DNA from: Patellaria atrata CBS 101060
Lineage: Eukaryota
Direction of reading: 5' to 3'
Length of the DNA stretch: 64,000 nt
NCBI GenBank assembly: GCA_010093705.1
Contig: MU006100.1
Location: forward strand, 284,745-348,744
Positions 52,560 to 64,000 of the stretch are shown piece by piece (the first letter of the stretch is position 1; every line of letters starts with the position of its first letter). The notes beneath the pieces were generated by a model, which worked only from the letters and a program-made list of their open reading frames with translations, made no database searches and was not told the origin of the DNA. Both the position numbers and the translations under genes were made by a program.

Positions 52560-53699
52560 TAGAACGGTCGAACATCCCATTCTGCCACTTTTTAAGTTTT
52601 GTTTCTGCATACACGTTCAAGATCTCTTGTCTGATGATGATGCTTATCACTATCATCCTCCACATCGGCGTTGTTTGGCGCACGTTCTTTGTAATGAAGA
52701 AGGGAGTTGATGTTCTTTGTACATATGACCTTTAATACCGGTCAGGATGTCTGTTGGTGCATATACCGACGCACCAGGCTCATTGTGGTTCGGGAAGATT
52801 TGGATTCAAGGACGTAATGTTTATACCAGGAAATTGCTACGCAAAGACTTAAGGCGTAGAGTCAGAGGTACATAATTGAAGAGTTTACAATAACATATTC
52901 ATACCGTTCACGGTGTTGCACACTATATTTGATAATTTATCGTAGCTTTCGATGTTTCGATATCATTCTGCTCAGACTAACTTTATGTTAACATTATGGT
53001 GTAGGTCTGCCTTGTTTAGAGATACGGTTAGATGGATGATGTGATTGAGAGGATTGTGGACGCTTCCCTTGTCTATCGTATATGCGCGTCATTTAGCTTT
53101 GTCGACAGCTTTGAAATAGATGGCTAATAAAGGAGAAGGTTCTCAGGTATGAAATCTATTAACTTTCGCTTTAAGTTAAGGTATAGATACAAAAAAAGAA
53201 GGTTTATGTAACCTTCCCCATCCGTTGTGTTTCTCACTAAATTTCCCCGTGGGGATACCTTGCCCTAGCGAATCATCAGTTCTTCTCCCCTCCTTTCAAC
53301 CACCAATACCCCTCCCGTTTCATCAAATCCCACCCCCCCAAGAGGCACGAGAGGCAGCAAAAAGGCCCCCAGATCCCAAAACTCTAGCCGTGCTTTGCTG
53401 ACAGGAACGCCTAGACGCCTGTTACCGCCGTACCGCGGCACTTCTTAACCGGCAGATTGACATTCCGTTCTGGAGCGATGAATCGCTTGCACACGGCTCG
53501 ATCCTACCCAGGAATGGGGTCTGGAGGAGTTAGCGGAGTACGAGTAGTCACACGTTTGTTGTTGCTACCTGTTCGAGTCCCTCCAACACACCGTAGCTGT
53601 AGCTTTCGGTGACAACAAGGTGGAATATCTCTAGTTAGCAAATGCTAACATCCGCTCTCTACACGGCGACCTGGAGTTCGCGTCTTCCGTCTTTCAATC

Positions 53700-56600
53700 A
53701 TGTCAGCCTCATTGGCTAGGCCGCTGTTATGGCGCTGTCGTGCTGCTAATACCCGACCTAGCCTATTATCCTCCCCAAAACTTCGAATCTGCAGCTCTTA
53801 CAGTAAGTTCGTTCACTCGAGAGAAGGAAATTCTGGAAACTATACTTGCATCATTGAGCCGTTGCGCCAAAGCTAACCTCGACATCTATCAGTCTTACCC
53901 CGCCGGCTCATCCCCCGCTCAGCTCAGCAACCTACACAGCTAGTTCGCCATTATGCACAGATTCAGGGACTTTCTATAGTTGAGGCGAATGGCATCATCC
54001 GTAGAAGTATCTCGGTCGCTACCGCTCCTCAGAGCATACCATACTCTCAGCTCACCGTTGGTGTTGTTCGGGAGACCTCCCCCAACGAACGGCGCGTTGC
54101 TATCACACCTCAAAATGTGGCTCTTTTGCTTAAAAAGGGTTTTGATAGGGTTGTGATTGAAAAGGGAGCTGGCGAATTAGCGCAGTTCCCCGACCAACAA
54201 TATGAATCTGCTGGAGCTACTCTTGTCTCTAAAGATATGGTGTTGAAAGAGTCTGATATCCTACTGAAGGTCAGAGCACCTAGCTTAGAAGATGGGGGCG
54301 AAATTGAAAAGATGAAAGAGGGAGCAACTTTGATATCTTTCCTATATGCGACACAGAATCCAGAGCTGGTGAAGAAGCTGGCCGAGAAAAATATCAATGC
54401 GTTCGCTATGGACTGGATCCCTAGAATTACCAGGGCGCAGGTCTTTGATGCTCTGAGTTCCATGGCTAATATTGCTGGTTATAAAGCTGTCCTGGAAGCG
54501 TCAAATCACTTTGGTCGATTTCTTACTGGACAGACGACTGCTGCTGGAAAGGTTCCCCCATGTAAGATGCTCGTCATCGGTGCTGGTGTCGCCGGTTTGA
54601 GTGCTATTGCAACTGCTCGCCGTATGGGTGCCATTGTCAGGGGTTTCGATACAAGACCTGTGGTTCGCGAGCAGGTACAATCCCTTGGTGCCGACTTCAT
54701 CGAGGTAGAAATTGAGGAAGAGGGATCAGGAGGTGGTGGATACGCCAAAGAAATGTCAAAGGAGTTCATCGAAGCTGAAATGAAGCTATTCATGGAGCAA
54801 TGTAAAGAAGTTGACATTGTAATCACAACGGCTCTGATCCCCGGAAAACCTGCTCCGAAGCTTATCACCGAGGAGGTACGCATTACGGCATTAATAATCT
54901 CCTTACTTCAATTAATTCAATTGCTGACGGCGAAAAGATGGTAGCTGCGATGAAACCTGGATCTGTCGTTGTGGATCTTGCTGCCGAAATGGGCGGGAAT
55001 TGTGCAGTGACGAAACCGGGAGAATTGACCAGGTATAAAGATGTCACCATTATCGGTAAGTCTATGGAGAGAATGCTCGTTGCGAATTGATATTAACGAA
55101 GTCATCAGGTTACACCGATTTGCCGTCTCGACTACCTACGCAATCTTCGACTCTTTATTCAAATAACGTCACGAAATTTCTTCTATCTATCTCAACAGAG
55201 GAGAAACAATTTGGTATCAATCTTGAAGATGAAGTAGTTCGTGGTGCAATCGTCACTCATCAAGGCGAAGCTCTCCCAAGAGCTGCTCCCCCAGCTCCAC
55301 CACCATCACCTACCATCTCACCTCAAGCTACTGCTACAAAACATGTTGAAGCTAAAGCACCAGAAAAGGAGAAACCTTTAGCATTGACCCCTTTCCAAAA
55401 GACTAGCCGCGAAGTTGCTACGGTGGGAGCTGGTTTGGGTGCTGCCCTCGCTCTAGGTAAATTCACGAGTCCGATGTTGATGAGCAGTGTATCCACATTC
55501 GCACTTGCAGGTCTCATTGGGTATCGTGTGGTATGGGGTGTTGTTCCAGCGCTCCACAGTCCCCTTATGAGTGTGACCAATGCCATCTCTGGTATGGTCG
55601 GTATTGGCGGTCTCTTCATTATGGGAGGTGGTTTGATCCCTGAAACACTTCCTCAGCTGCTCGGTGCAGGATCCGTACTATTAGCCTTCGTAAATGTAGG
55701 AGGCGGTTTCGTTATCACCAAACGAATGTTGGATATGTTTAAACGACCAACAGACCCTCCCGAGTATCCATGGCTATACGCAATTCCTGGTTTGCTTTTC
55801 GGTGGCGGCTACATTGCAGCAGCGAGTACTGGCATGGCTGGTCTCGTTCAAGCTGGATATCTTGCCAGCAGCGTTCTTTGTGTTGGATCACTATCTGGAC
55901 TTGCTTCCCAGGCAACTGCCCGGCAAGGGAATATCCTTGGTATACTGGGCGTGAGTACTGGAATCCTAGCTTCACTGATGGCAGTTGGCTTCCCTCCTGC
56001 TATACTAGCCCAGTTCGTTGGAGTAGCAGGAATAGGGACAATTGCTGGTGCGCTCATCGGTAGACGAATCACTCCTACGGATCTCCCACAGACGGTCGCA
56101 GCTCTACACTCTGTCGTTGGTTTGGCTGCCGTCCTAACCAGTATTGGAAGTGTGATGGCTGATATTGCACACATTTCCACTCTACATATGGTTACGGCAT
56201 ATATGGGTGTGCTCATCGGTGGAATCACTTTTACCGGTTCGATCGTTGCTTTTATGAAACTAGCCGGAAAGATGAAGTCGAGACCGGTGAGGCTTCCTGG
56301 AAAGCATCTCATCAATACAACTCTCCTGGGCGCTAATGTGGCGACTATGGGTGCTTTTGTGACCATGGCTCCTGGAGCTCCAGCTATTGCAGCTGCTTGT
56401 TTAGCAGGTAACACCGTTTTGAGCTTCATGAAGGGTTATACGACCACTGCGGCTATTGGTGGTGCTGATATGCGTAAGTTTCAAGTGATTAGTGTACAAG
56501 GCAAAGAATTCGTTGACAAACTATATTAGCCGTCGTCATCACGGTTCTCAATGCGTACTCTGGATTTGCTCTTGTAGCAGAAGGTTTCATGTTGGATAAT

Positions 56601-57623
56601 CCGCTACTGACTACAGTTGGTGCTCTTATCGGTGTTTCTGGTTCCATTCTATCCTACATCATGGTAAGCTTGAAATTAATGATTGGCTTATCAATAGAGT
56701 TGACGAGTTCTAGTGCGTTGCAATGAACCGATCCCTTACGAATGTCCTTTTTGGTGGTATTTCGGCTCCTGAACCGACTCAAGCGAAGATCGAAGGGACA
56801 ATTACCAAAGCGACGGCCGAAGATACAGCTGAAGCGTTGGCGGGTGCTGAGAATGTGATTATCGTACGTATCACCCATATCAAAGGGAAACCGCCCACAA
56901 ACTCGGTATCTGACTTAAAAGCAAGGTCGTCGGATACGGTATGGCCGTAGCAAAAGCTCAATACGCCATCTCCGAAATGACGCGCACCCTCCGCAACAAA
57001 GGCGTCAACGTCCGTTTCGCCATCCACCCGGTCGCAGGCCGCATGCCAGGCCAATGCAACGTCCTCCTCGCCGAAGCATCCGTANNNNNNNNNNNNNNNN
57101 NNNNNNNNNNNNNNNNNNNNNNNNNNNNNNNNNNNNNNNNNNNNNNNNNNNNNNNNNNNNNNNNNNNNNNNNNNNNNNNNNNNNAAAAAAAAACTCAACC
57201 TCCCTAACTAACAAATAAAGTCGTCCTCGAAATGGACGAAATCAACGACGACTTCAAAGAAACAGACGTCACGCTCGTCATCGGCGCAAACGACACGGTC
57301 AACCCGATCGCCCTGGAGCCGAACTCGCCCATCGCGGGCATGCCGGTCCTGCACGCGTGGAAGAGCAAACAAGTCGTCGTTATGAAGAGGGGCATGGCGA
57401 GCGGGTATGCGGATGTGCCGAATCCGATGTTTTATATGCCCGGAACCAAGATGCTGTTTGGGGATGCTAAGGATAGCTGTGATGGTGAGTTTGTGCAGTT
57501 TTTCATTTGTGCGATGGCTTTTTTTTTTCTTGGGAGAGGGAGGGGGGTTGTTGGATAGAGGCTAATTGTGTTGTAGCTATTATGCGCGCGTTGGAAGATC
57601 AGGATCGGAAGTTTGATATTTAG
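53700..57623 (+). CDS. NNT: Mitochondrial proton-translocating NAD(P) transhydrogenase, single alpha-beta polypeptide
   Basis: Arg/Ser-rich presequence [115 protein letters not shown]. One exon end falls in the gap 57085-57184. Confidence 0.96.
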
Positions 57624-58129
57624 GGTTGGATTGGGGATGCGAGGGATAAGGGGGGAGACGGCTGGATGGGCTAGGTATGCTATATGATTGCGCATTTTGA
57701 AGTTTGCTGTTTGAAGTTGAAGTTTGAATATGATGCTGCATATCCGTATCCATACCCTCTAGTTCTACGCATTTGAGAAGATAAACTGGACTCATTCCTA
57801 CATCGCCCCTCAAATCGCAACCAAGGACACCATCCCTTCATAACTGATCCGAAATTCGTTAAGGTCGATGTAAACGTTACGGTATACGATGAGACACCAC
57901 TATTAAAGAGGAAACTACCTTTTTTTACTTATTTTTACTACCCATACCACCTATCCCCATCCCATGTAACCGACTCCAAAAGCCGAGGAAATATGTACAA
58001 TAAAATACGATACACCAATGTTATGGTAAAAACTGTTCGATAAAGATATATACAAACTCCCTCTCCCCCCGCCGCCCCCACTTTTTTTTTTTTTATTATA
58101 AGAAAAAACTTAACACCCCTCTATGACCA

Positions 58130-60551
58130 CTACGACCCATCCACGTGCCTCTCCCTCAACCTCTGCGCCAAAAGCCCAGACCTCCCCGCAGCCCCAGACC
58201 CAGACCACGCACCCCGATCCTCGCTTCTCGTCAACGGACTCACAGGACTGGTCCTCTTACTAGTTTCACCATTCCCGCCCCTCCTATGCCCCTCCCCGCT
58301 GCCCCCGGGACTCTCCCCGTCGACGTCCATGTCCTGCCTGCTCTCGGGGCGGGATGGCACGGTAGCGAGTCTAGGGAGCTGGAAGGGTATCGGATCGAGG
58401 TTGAACGAGAAATGGGAGAAAGGTATTCGCGTCTGAGTTACAGCGTCGGGGTCAGTTTGAAGGTCTAGTTTAGGGCGACTAGCTACACCATGTCTCCTCG
58501 ATTTACCGGGGGGACTGTTAGCAAACAGCGCTTGACACTGCGGTGTCGGATCTCTCGCCGGTTTATACGTCCCGAACCTCGGATCCGGGAACTGGACTTC
58601 GTTTCTCAGCTTCTCCTTCCCGTCGGGAACTCTGTTCGCGAAGACGACGCGGATCGCCTTGTGCAGGTAGTACCGTCCCTTGCTGGGACAGCAGATGTTG
58701 AGGTGGATGAGGTATCTCAGGATCGGTCTATCGTTCGGATCGTCGGAGTAGCTGAGACTTGCTTCAGGTCTGTCGGTGCCCAGGTTATTGCGGGAGGCGA
58801 GGGGCATGTCGATGATGGGGCCGGCGGAGTAGCTCCGCTGGCGTATGAATGTCTTTTGCCCAGCTTCCATGTCGGAGAGGTCGTACGGGACGAGGAAGAG
58901 CTTCACGGCCGTTTTATTCGGGTTTTTGATCACGATTTGTAATTGTCCCTGTTGCGGGATTCTGTAACTTCCCCCCGGGGGTGTCTTGGGCGACGTGGAG
59001 CGTCTTTTCATTTTTTCCTTTTTTCTGCGCTCGGCTTTGGCTCTGACCTCGTCTTTCATGTTTTTGATCTCGAGGGCGAAATTCTGCTCCTCGTTGTCGC
59101 TGCTGGTGTGGTGACGACGTCTTCTTCTGCCCTTTTCGGGGTCCTCGGCTGGTTCGAGGCCGTTTTCTAGGTCTATGAGTCCGACGTACGGACTTGGTTC
59201 GTTGTCCGATATGCGACCGTTTCCGGTAGCATAGCTGTAGAAGACTGCTGGGAAAGGTATGGTCACGTGCGGAGGACATCGCAGGTTTGATTTACAGGTG
59301 CCTTTACCGAGTACTCCGATTTGCGCTACGAAATCTAGTGGACGGGAAGGTGTCGTAGACATTCTCCCACGTAGGATGGATTCTTCATATGATCCCACCA
59401 TAGGAGCGTGATGCAGTGGAGAAAGGTCGGAAACAGACGGTCTACGCGGATGGAGAAATGGGCTTTGAGGCGTTGAATTAGGGGTCATGTTCATTGCAAT
59501 GGACAAAGATCGTCTAGGTTGATGAGCCTGGTAAGGAAAGGTCCCTTCTCGTCGCATCGACGGTGCTCGCGCCGCTGGAGGAGACTGATTCAACTCATAG
59601 TTATTGAAAGAAGATGACTTATAAGTTTGGAAGGAATGGGGTGAAAATGTATGTCGTCTATTGGCACGCTCGGGGCTTCTAGAGTTTGCCCTCGTAGGTA
59701 CCTTTGGAGAGAAGTCCAGATCTGCATTATTCGTCTGTTGCACGAGTGGGCTCGTAGGTGGTAAGAAAATGAAGCTAGATGGTAGACCTGACTGTGACAT
59801 TGCCCTCGAACGCGTTGATCGGGCGCCATAGCTCGAGGGTGCTGCAAACGGATACTTGGTTTCATTGTTCTTTCTGCTCAACTCACTCCTAGGGAAAGAA
59901 CGATGCCAAGGAACAACAGGTGACGTAGATAGTGATTCTTGATAACTGTTACTTGACGATCGGTCGCTTTCACTTCTAAAGTCTCCAGAGTGCAATGCGG
60001 ACTTGGGCCGCTCAATTTCCAGTCCAGCTTTTTGTGCCTGACCATCTTCGGATACTTCCGAACCATTACTCATCTTACTTAGTTCCACGGCGGGAAATAA
60101 AGGAGAAGGCGATACGGATCGTGTTGGATACATCGGGAGAATTTGTCCTTCGGGGAAGCCTGGGAACTAAAGACGATATGTCAACCACCAGGGTATCTAT
60201 GGAATATGGGTGCTCTGAGATATGCTTCTGATGAGAGCTTATGAAAGGAAGTCCTCAACATACACTTTGCTGTGCTTGCCATGTGGGGCTTGCTTTCCTC
60301 TTAATCCGCTCTATTAACTCCTCTCTACTAAATCCACGCTGTGCCCCATCCTGATTCCCCGCCGTCGCGACAACCTCCGCTTGAGGTACTCCTGCTCTAA
60401 CTCCATGTCCTGATAACGTCTCTTTCAGATAAGGTCTACTATTCCTTTGTTCGTCCTCATCTTCCGTTCTCGACATTTCTTCCTCCCAGTTTGGCAATCC
60501 CGAAGCGGATACTGCAGGCCTTCTGGCGTGGTAATCGTGGAATATCGGCAT
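58130..60551 (-). CDS. ATOS/FAM214 (DUF4210) family protein
   Basis: MVGSYEESILRGRMS..LDFVAQIGVLG..CPPHVTIPF; YRIPQQGQLQIVIKNPNKTAVKLFLVPYDLSDM..KTFIRQR; LRYLIHL. Exons 60551-60264 and 60166-58130 join in frame. Confidence 0.9.
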
Positions 60552-61426
60552 TATCAGAACTCATACGGGACAGATAAGACACCATCGAGGTATGTGGAAG
60601 GGGCTATTTTTACAGGGTAGGTAGATAGTTATACCACAGGAGATGTGTCCTAAGCAAGAAAAATGCAAGAATGAATCATATGGGAGGAGAGCGGAAGTTG
60701 TGATATTTGTCTTAAGTTAAAGCAAGCTCTGACGTTCGGAGCAGTAGATGGTGCAAGCTCAACTATGACTGATGCAACAAGAATCAGAAATACGCTGATG
60801 GTTTCGGTACAGTTGGGGAAAGTTTGAGGAGCGAAGTCAGTCTCTTATTATTAGCAAGTAAAGTACGCAACTGGAAACAAGATAGCCTTCATCCCAACCC
60901 ATCTTGAGCCTGGACAAGCCTGCTTCGGGGAGGCGAATGCGAGCGAGCGTGCTTGGAAGAAGGATGACCGCAGCTCCGGCGGGTATGACAGCACATACAG
61001 TACGAATAAAGGTACTTTGTAGAAGAATAGGCTAAGTCACACGATAAAAGTAAACTTGATAATTGCATTAATGCACGATAATGGAAAAAGTGACGGTAAT
61101 ACCGCAATAAGTGTTCGAAAAAGTGACAAGTTTAATAAATCGAGAGGAGTAATACTTCGCCTTCAATTGCCTCCACCACCGCCCCTCACTTAATTACTTT
61201 GGCTCTTCTTTCTCTTTCTCTACATCATCGTCACCATGAATTCAAACCAACTGGAAATATGTAAACCCGCGGCGGCGCCGAGATCCGACAGCATCCGCCT
61301 CCGAAATTCTTCCCCTGCCATCTGGAACTAAACCGAGCCATCAAAGTCACAAGATTCGCCCACATTCCCCAAACCCAGAAGAGAAGAACACGAAAATAAT
61401 ACGAGCACCACCCCGACACCACCACA

Positions 61427-62109
61427 ATGGGCACCAAACGCCCATACCCAGACACGACCCCCATCGCCCATCCCCCAAAGAAGCACAAAAAGGGCTTCGA
61501 CATCGTCCCCCCCAACCTCCCCGACGGGCTCCACAAGCGAAAGAGTAAGTCAGGCTATACCTACTCTTTCTGGCCGCCCGCCAGAAACGCTAACACTCCA
61601 CAGTCCAAAAGATAAAGCGCGACTTGATCCACAAAGCCAAAGTGAAAAAAGCATACGCGAAAATAAAGGAGCGCGAAATCCCCTCCACCCAACCTCGCGT
61701 TGTCGGGTCCTCCGAGGACGAAGGGCAAGATGCCTCTTCCTCCGCTGCGGCGTCTATGCAGTTGCATCCGGAGCGGCTACGGAGGCTAGACGAGCCGAAA
61801 CAGGAACAGGATGAGGATGTTGGCAAAGGCAAAGAGCAGGGCTTGAAACGGCGGGACAGGCCCAAGAAGTCGCGCTTCGCGAAAGAAACTTCCGAAGCCG
61901 CTGAACGCAAGGCGGAAGCGCAGGCAAGGCGTGAAGAGAGGGAAAAGGCTGAGCGGGAGTGGAAAGAAAAGTTGAGGTTTCGGAAATCGATGGCGAAGGC
62001 GAAGAAGGTTGGCCCAGATGGACGGCGCAAGTTAGGGAGGGAGAGTAAGGTGTTGCTTGAGCGGGTTAGGAAGTTGATGGGGAGTATAAATGATGAGAAA
62101 GATGCTTGA
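61427..62109 (+). CDS. FYV7: rRNA-processing protein Fyv7-like
   Basis: KKGFDIVPPNLPDGLHKRK|..KIKRDLIHKAKVKKAYAK; charged coil; GRRKLGRESKVLLERVRKL; one intron ~61545-61603. Confidence 0.8.
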
Positions 62110-62767
62110 GGATGAAGGTGTTGGGATTGGTGATGAGGGTTCGTGGAGGGTGGTTCCTGGAGATATCCTGGAAGTTTTAATGGTGCTATGGGTGGGGAGG
62201 GTGATTGGTTCGTCTGCGAGATGTTCACAAAAGGACTACATAGTGCCAGAGGAGGAGTTTTGACTTGAGCATACAGATTCTCGAATTCTGTACGAATATG
62301 TTTAATTGCTAGTGTCACAATTCACGTAGGGCGAGTGCACAGCGATCGAAGACTGAGCGGGAGGTGCTCCTATAGGAATGTATAAATTCTAGAAATTGTA
62401 CAGGATTCTCTACTTGGAGTTGTCCATGCCCGTACAGCGAGTGTACGACGACTGAGGAGCTATCGGGAGGAGCTTAACGTGACTGTAGTGATCGTGCACG
62501 TTCCTTATAAATACGTATTAGTATTGCTCCAGCGCCAGTACAGCAACCGAGGAGGTATCAGACACGTCTCCGGCTCAACTTCTCAACCCTCGGAGTTTCC
62601 ATAACACGGCAAAGTTGACCTTCCGCCATACCTGTACCAAAAGTGGACCTCGATCTCCGAATGCCAATTCTATCAAACGGGCGAGCAAAATATAAACACA
62701 AAACGTAGATACGATCTATTTCAACGTCCACTCCTTCTCCAATCTCAAACTTCGCCGTCCCATATGC

Positions 62768-63166
62768 TTACTCCGGTCTCTCTTCTTCACCTCGGGTGCA
62801 CCTAATACTCCCCCAACCCACTGCTTCTCCCTCTCCACTCAAATCATCACTGAACGGGAATCCGAGCTTCAACTCGCTCCCTGTGCAGTTTGTGAATGAG
62901 AAGAGAAAGCAGGCGGTCCCATCGTTGGCAATAAAGCTTTGGATGGTGGAGAGGGGTTTGGGAATGGGATGACAGGTGTTTGAGGGGATGAGGATATGCT
63001 GACAGGATTGGAAGAAGGGCTGGGTGCACAGGTAGGCTATGTGCATTCTGGGAGTGGTGTGAACGGTGGTGTGGACTTTGATCGAAGGATTTAGGGTGGG
63101 GAAGGCGGTTATGGAATGAGAGAATAGTAGAAGATATTGAAGTGGTGGGACATGAAGTGGGATCAT
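62768..63166 (-). CDS. Small secreted cysteine-rich protein (132 aa), possibly beta/gamma-crystallin-like
   Basis: AAAAATG start, hydrophobic leader ending SITA|FP, six Cys: YLCTQPFFQSC..NTC..IQSF..GTACFLFSFTNCTG..GSIRC. Confidence 0.65.
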   Translation of the reverse strand: MIPLHVPPLQYLLLFSHSITAFPTLNPSIKVHTTVHTTPRMHIAYLCTQPFFQSCQHILIPSNTCHPIPKPLSTIQSFIANDGTACFLFSFTNCTGSELKLGFPFSDDLSGEGEAVGWGSIRCTRGEEERPE

Positions 63167-64000
63167 TTTTCAGGGTTTATGGATGAGACGAAATAGTTAT
63201 AGATAAGGAGTTTGGAGAGAAGTCGGGAATGAGTATCGTGGGCCGGGTGGAAAGATGGTTGACCGCGATTTGACCGCAATTTGAATTCATGGTTGTCTTT
63301 TTGGGTCATTCTTTGGGGGCATTGGTTCTTTGTTAGGGATGAGCGAGCAGAGGGATGATGAAAATAGAAAGACCTTGCTTTGTAGTATGCTTTTGCTTTC
63401 TTGTTGACGCCTTTGAGTACTATAGGGAATAGATGAGGAAAAGGTGAAGTAGATTAGAGAATAGAAGGAGTTGTAAGCTACCAATGTCCACAAGAACTTA
63501 CTATTTCTCATACTCGTCCATATATATTTGAATCATCATTCTAGAGGAGGATACTTCTAGCTAAAGTGGCACGTGTTTTTGCCCTTGATGAATAATTTTG
63601 GAGAAAGATGAGTCAATCTAAAACATCGAACCTTTGTCATACACAATTCTCATACGGGAATTTCTCTCCAACATAGAATTATAACTTTCGTGACTCATGT
63701 TTAGACGAACTCATGGTGTGTAACGATGAAACGATGAGTCTGTTGCGGTCAATGACTGTATAGGACATCTGGAGTAGGTATGGTGATGCTGATGATGGTT
63801 AGGGGACCTGGTAGTGCTGGATATTGGGCAAATATTTTGCCTATCGCCGGGTCTTGGCTCCGATTTCGAGCTAGACTTGAATAAGCGAACCCCACTAATC
63901 ACTCGGTGGGCAGCAAGAAATCCATCACCTCCACCAAACCCTCACCCAACTCTCTCTTTTCTCCCCTCATCCACCAATTTCGAAGGTGTGAAGGCTTTTT

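Noticed and set aside
53560..53590. GTTCGAGTCC resembling a tRNA T-loop
   Set aside because: Flanks do not form a T-stem and there is no cloverleaf.
61590..62318. 242-aa minus-strand ORF
   Set aside because: Antisense shadow of the FYV7-like gene; similar shadows overlie NNT, ATOS and the GPI protein.

Overview
Eukaryotic DNA from a filamentous ascomycete (Pezizomycotina; Dothideomycete-like is only my impression), with short GT-AG introns, CTRAC/CTAAT branch sites and three assembly gaps (18200-18744, 47016-47115, 57085-57184). It carries about 18 mostly conserved genes: medA, SERINC/TMS1, an MCH1-like MFS transporter, a CFEM-like Trp-rich GPI protein, PEP7, MET8, a METTL16-family methyltransferase, a class I SAM methyltransferase, a BSP-family HEXXH protein, STU1/CLASP, a LIM-RhoGAP, BST1, NAD(P) transhydrogenase, an ATOS/DUF4210 protein, FYV7 and a small secreted Cys-rich protein. 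No rRNA, tRNA, CRISPR or intact transposon was recognised. The most notable item is a 12-exon, 375-aa orphan 7-transmembrane (GPCR-like) gene at 22646-24461, almost invisible to the ORF track, with an apparent 3-nt microexon, divergently paired with the Trp-rich CFEM-like surface-protein gene. Also notable: a ~10 kb gene-free region upstream of medA and repeated C-rich to G-rich strand-skew switches. Family assignments come from motif recognition by eye, not database searches.
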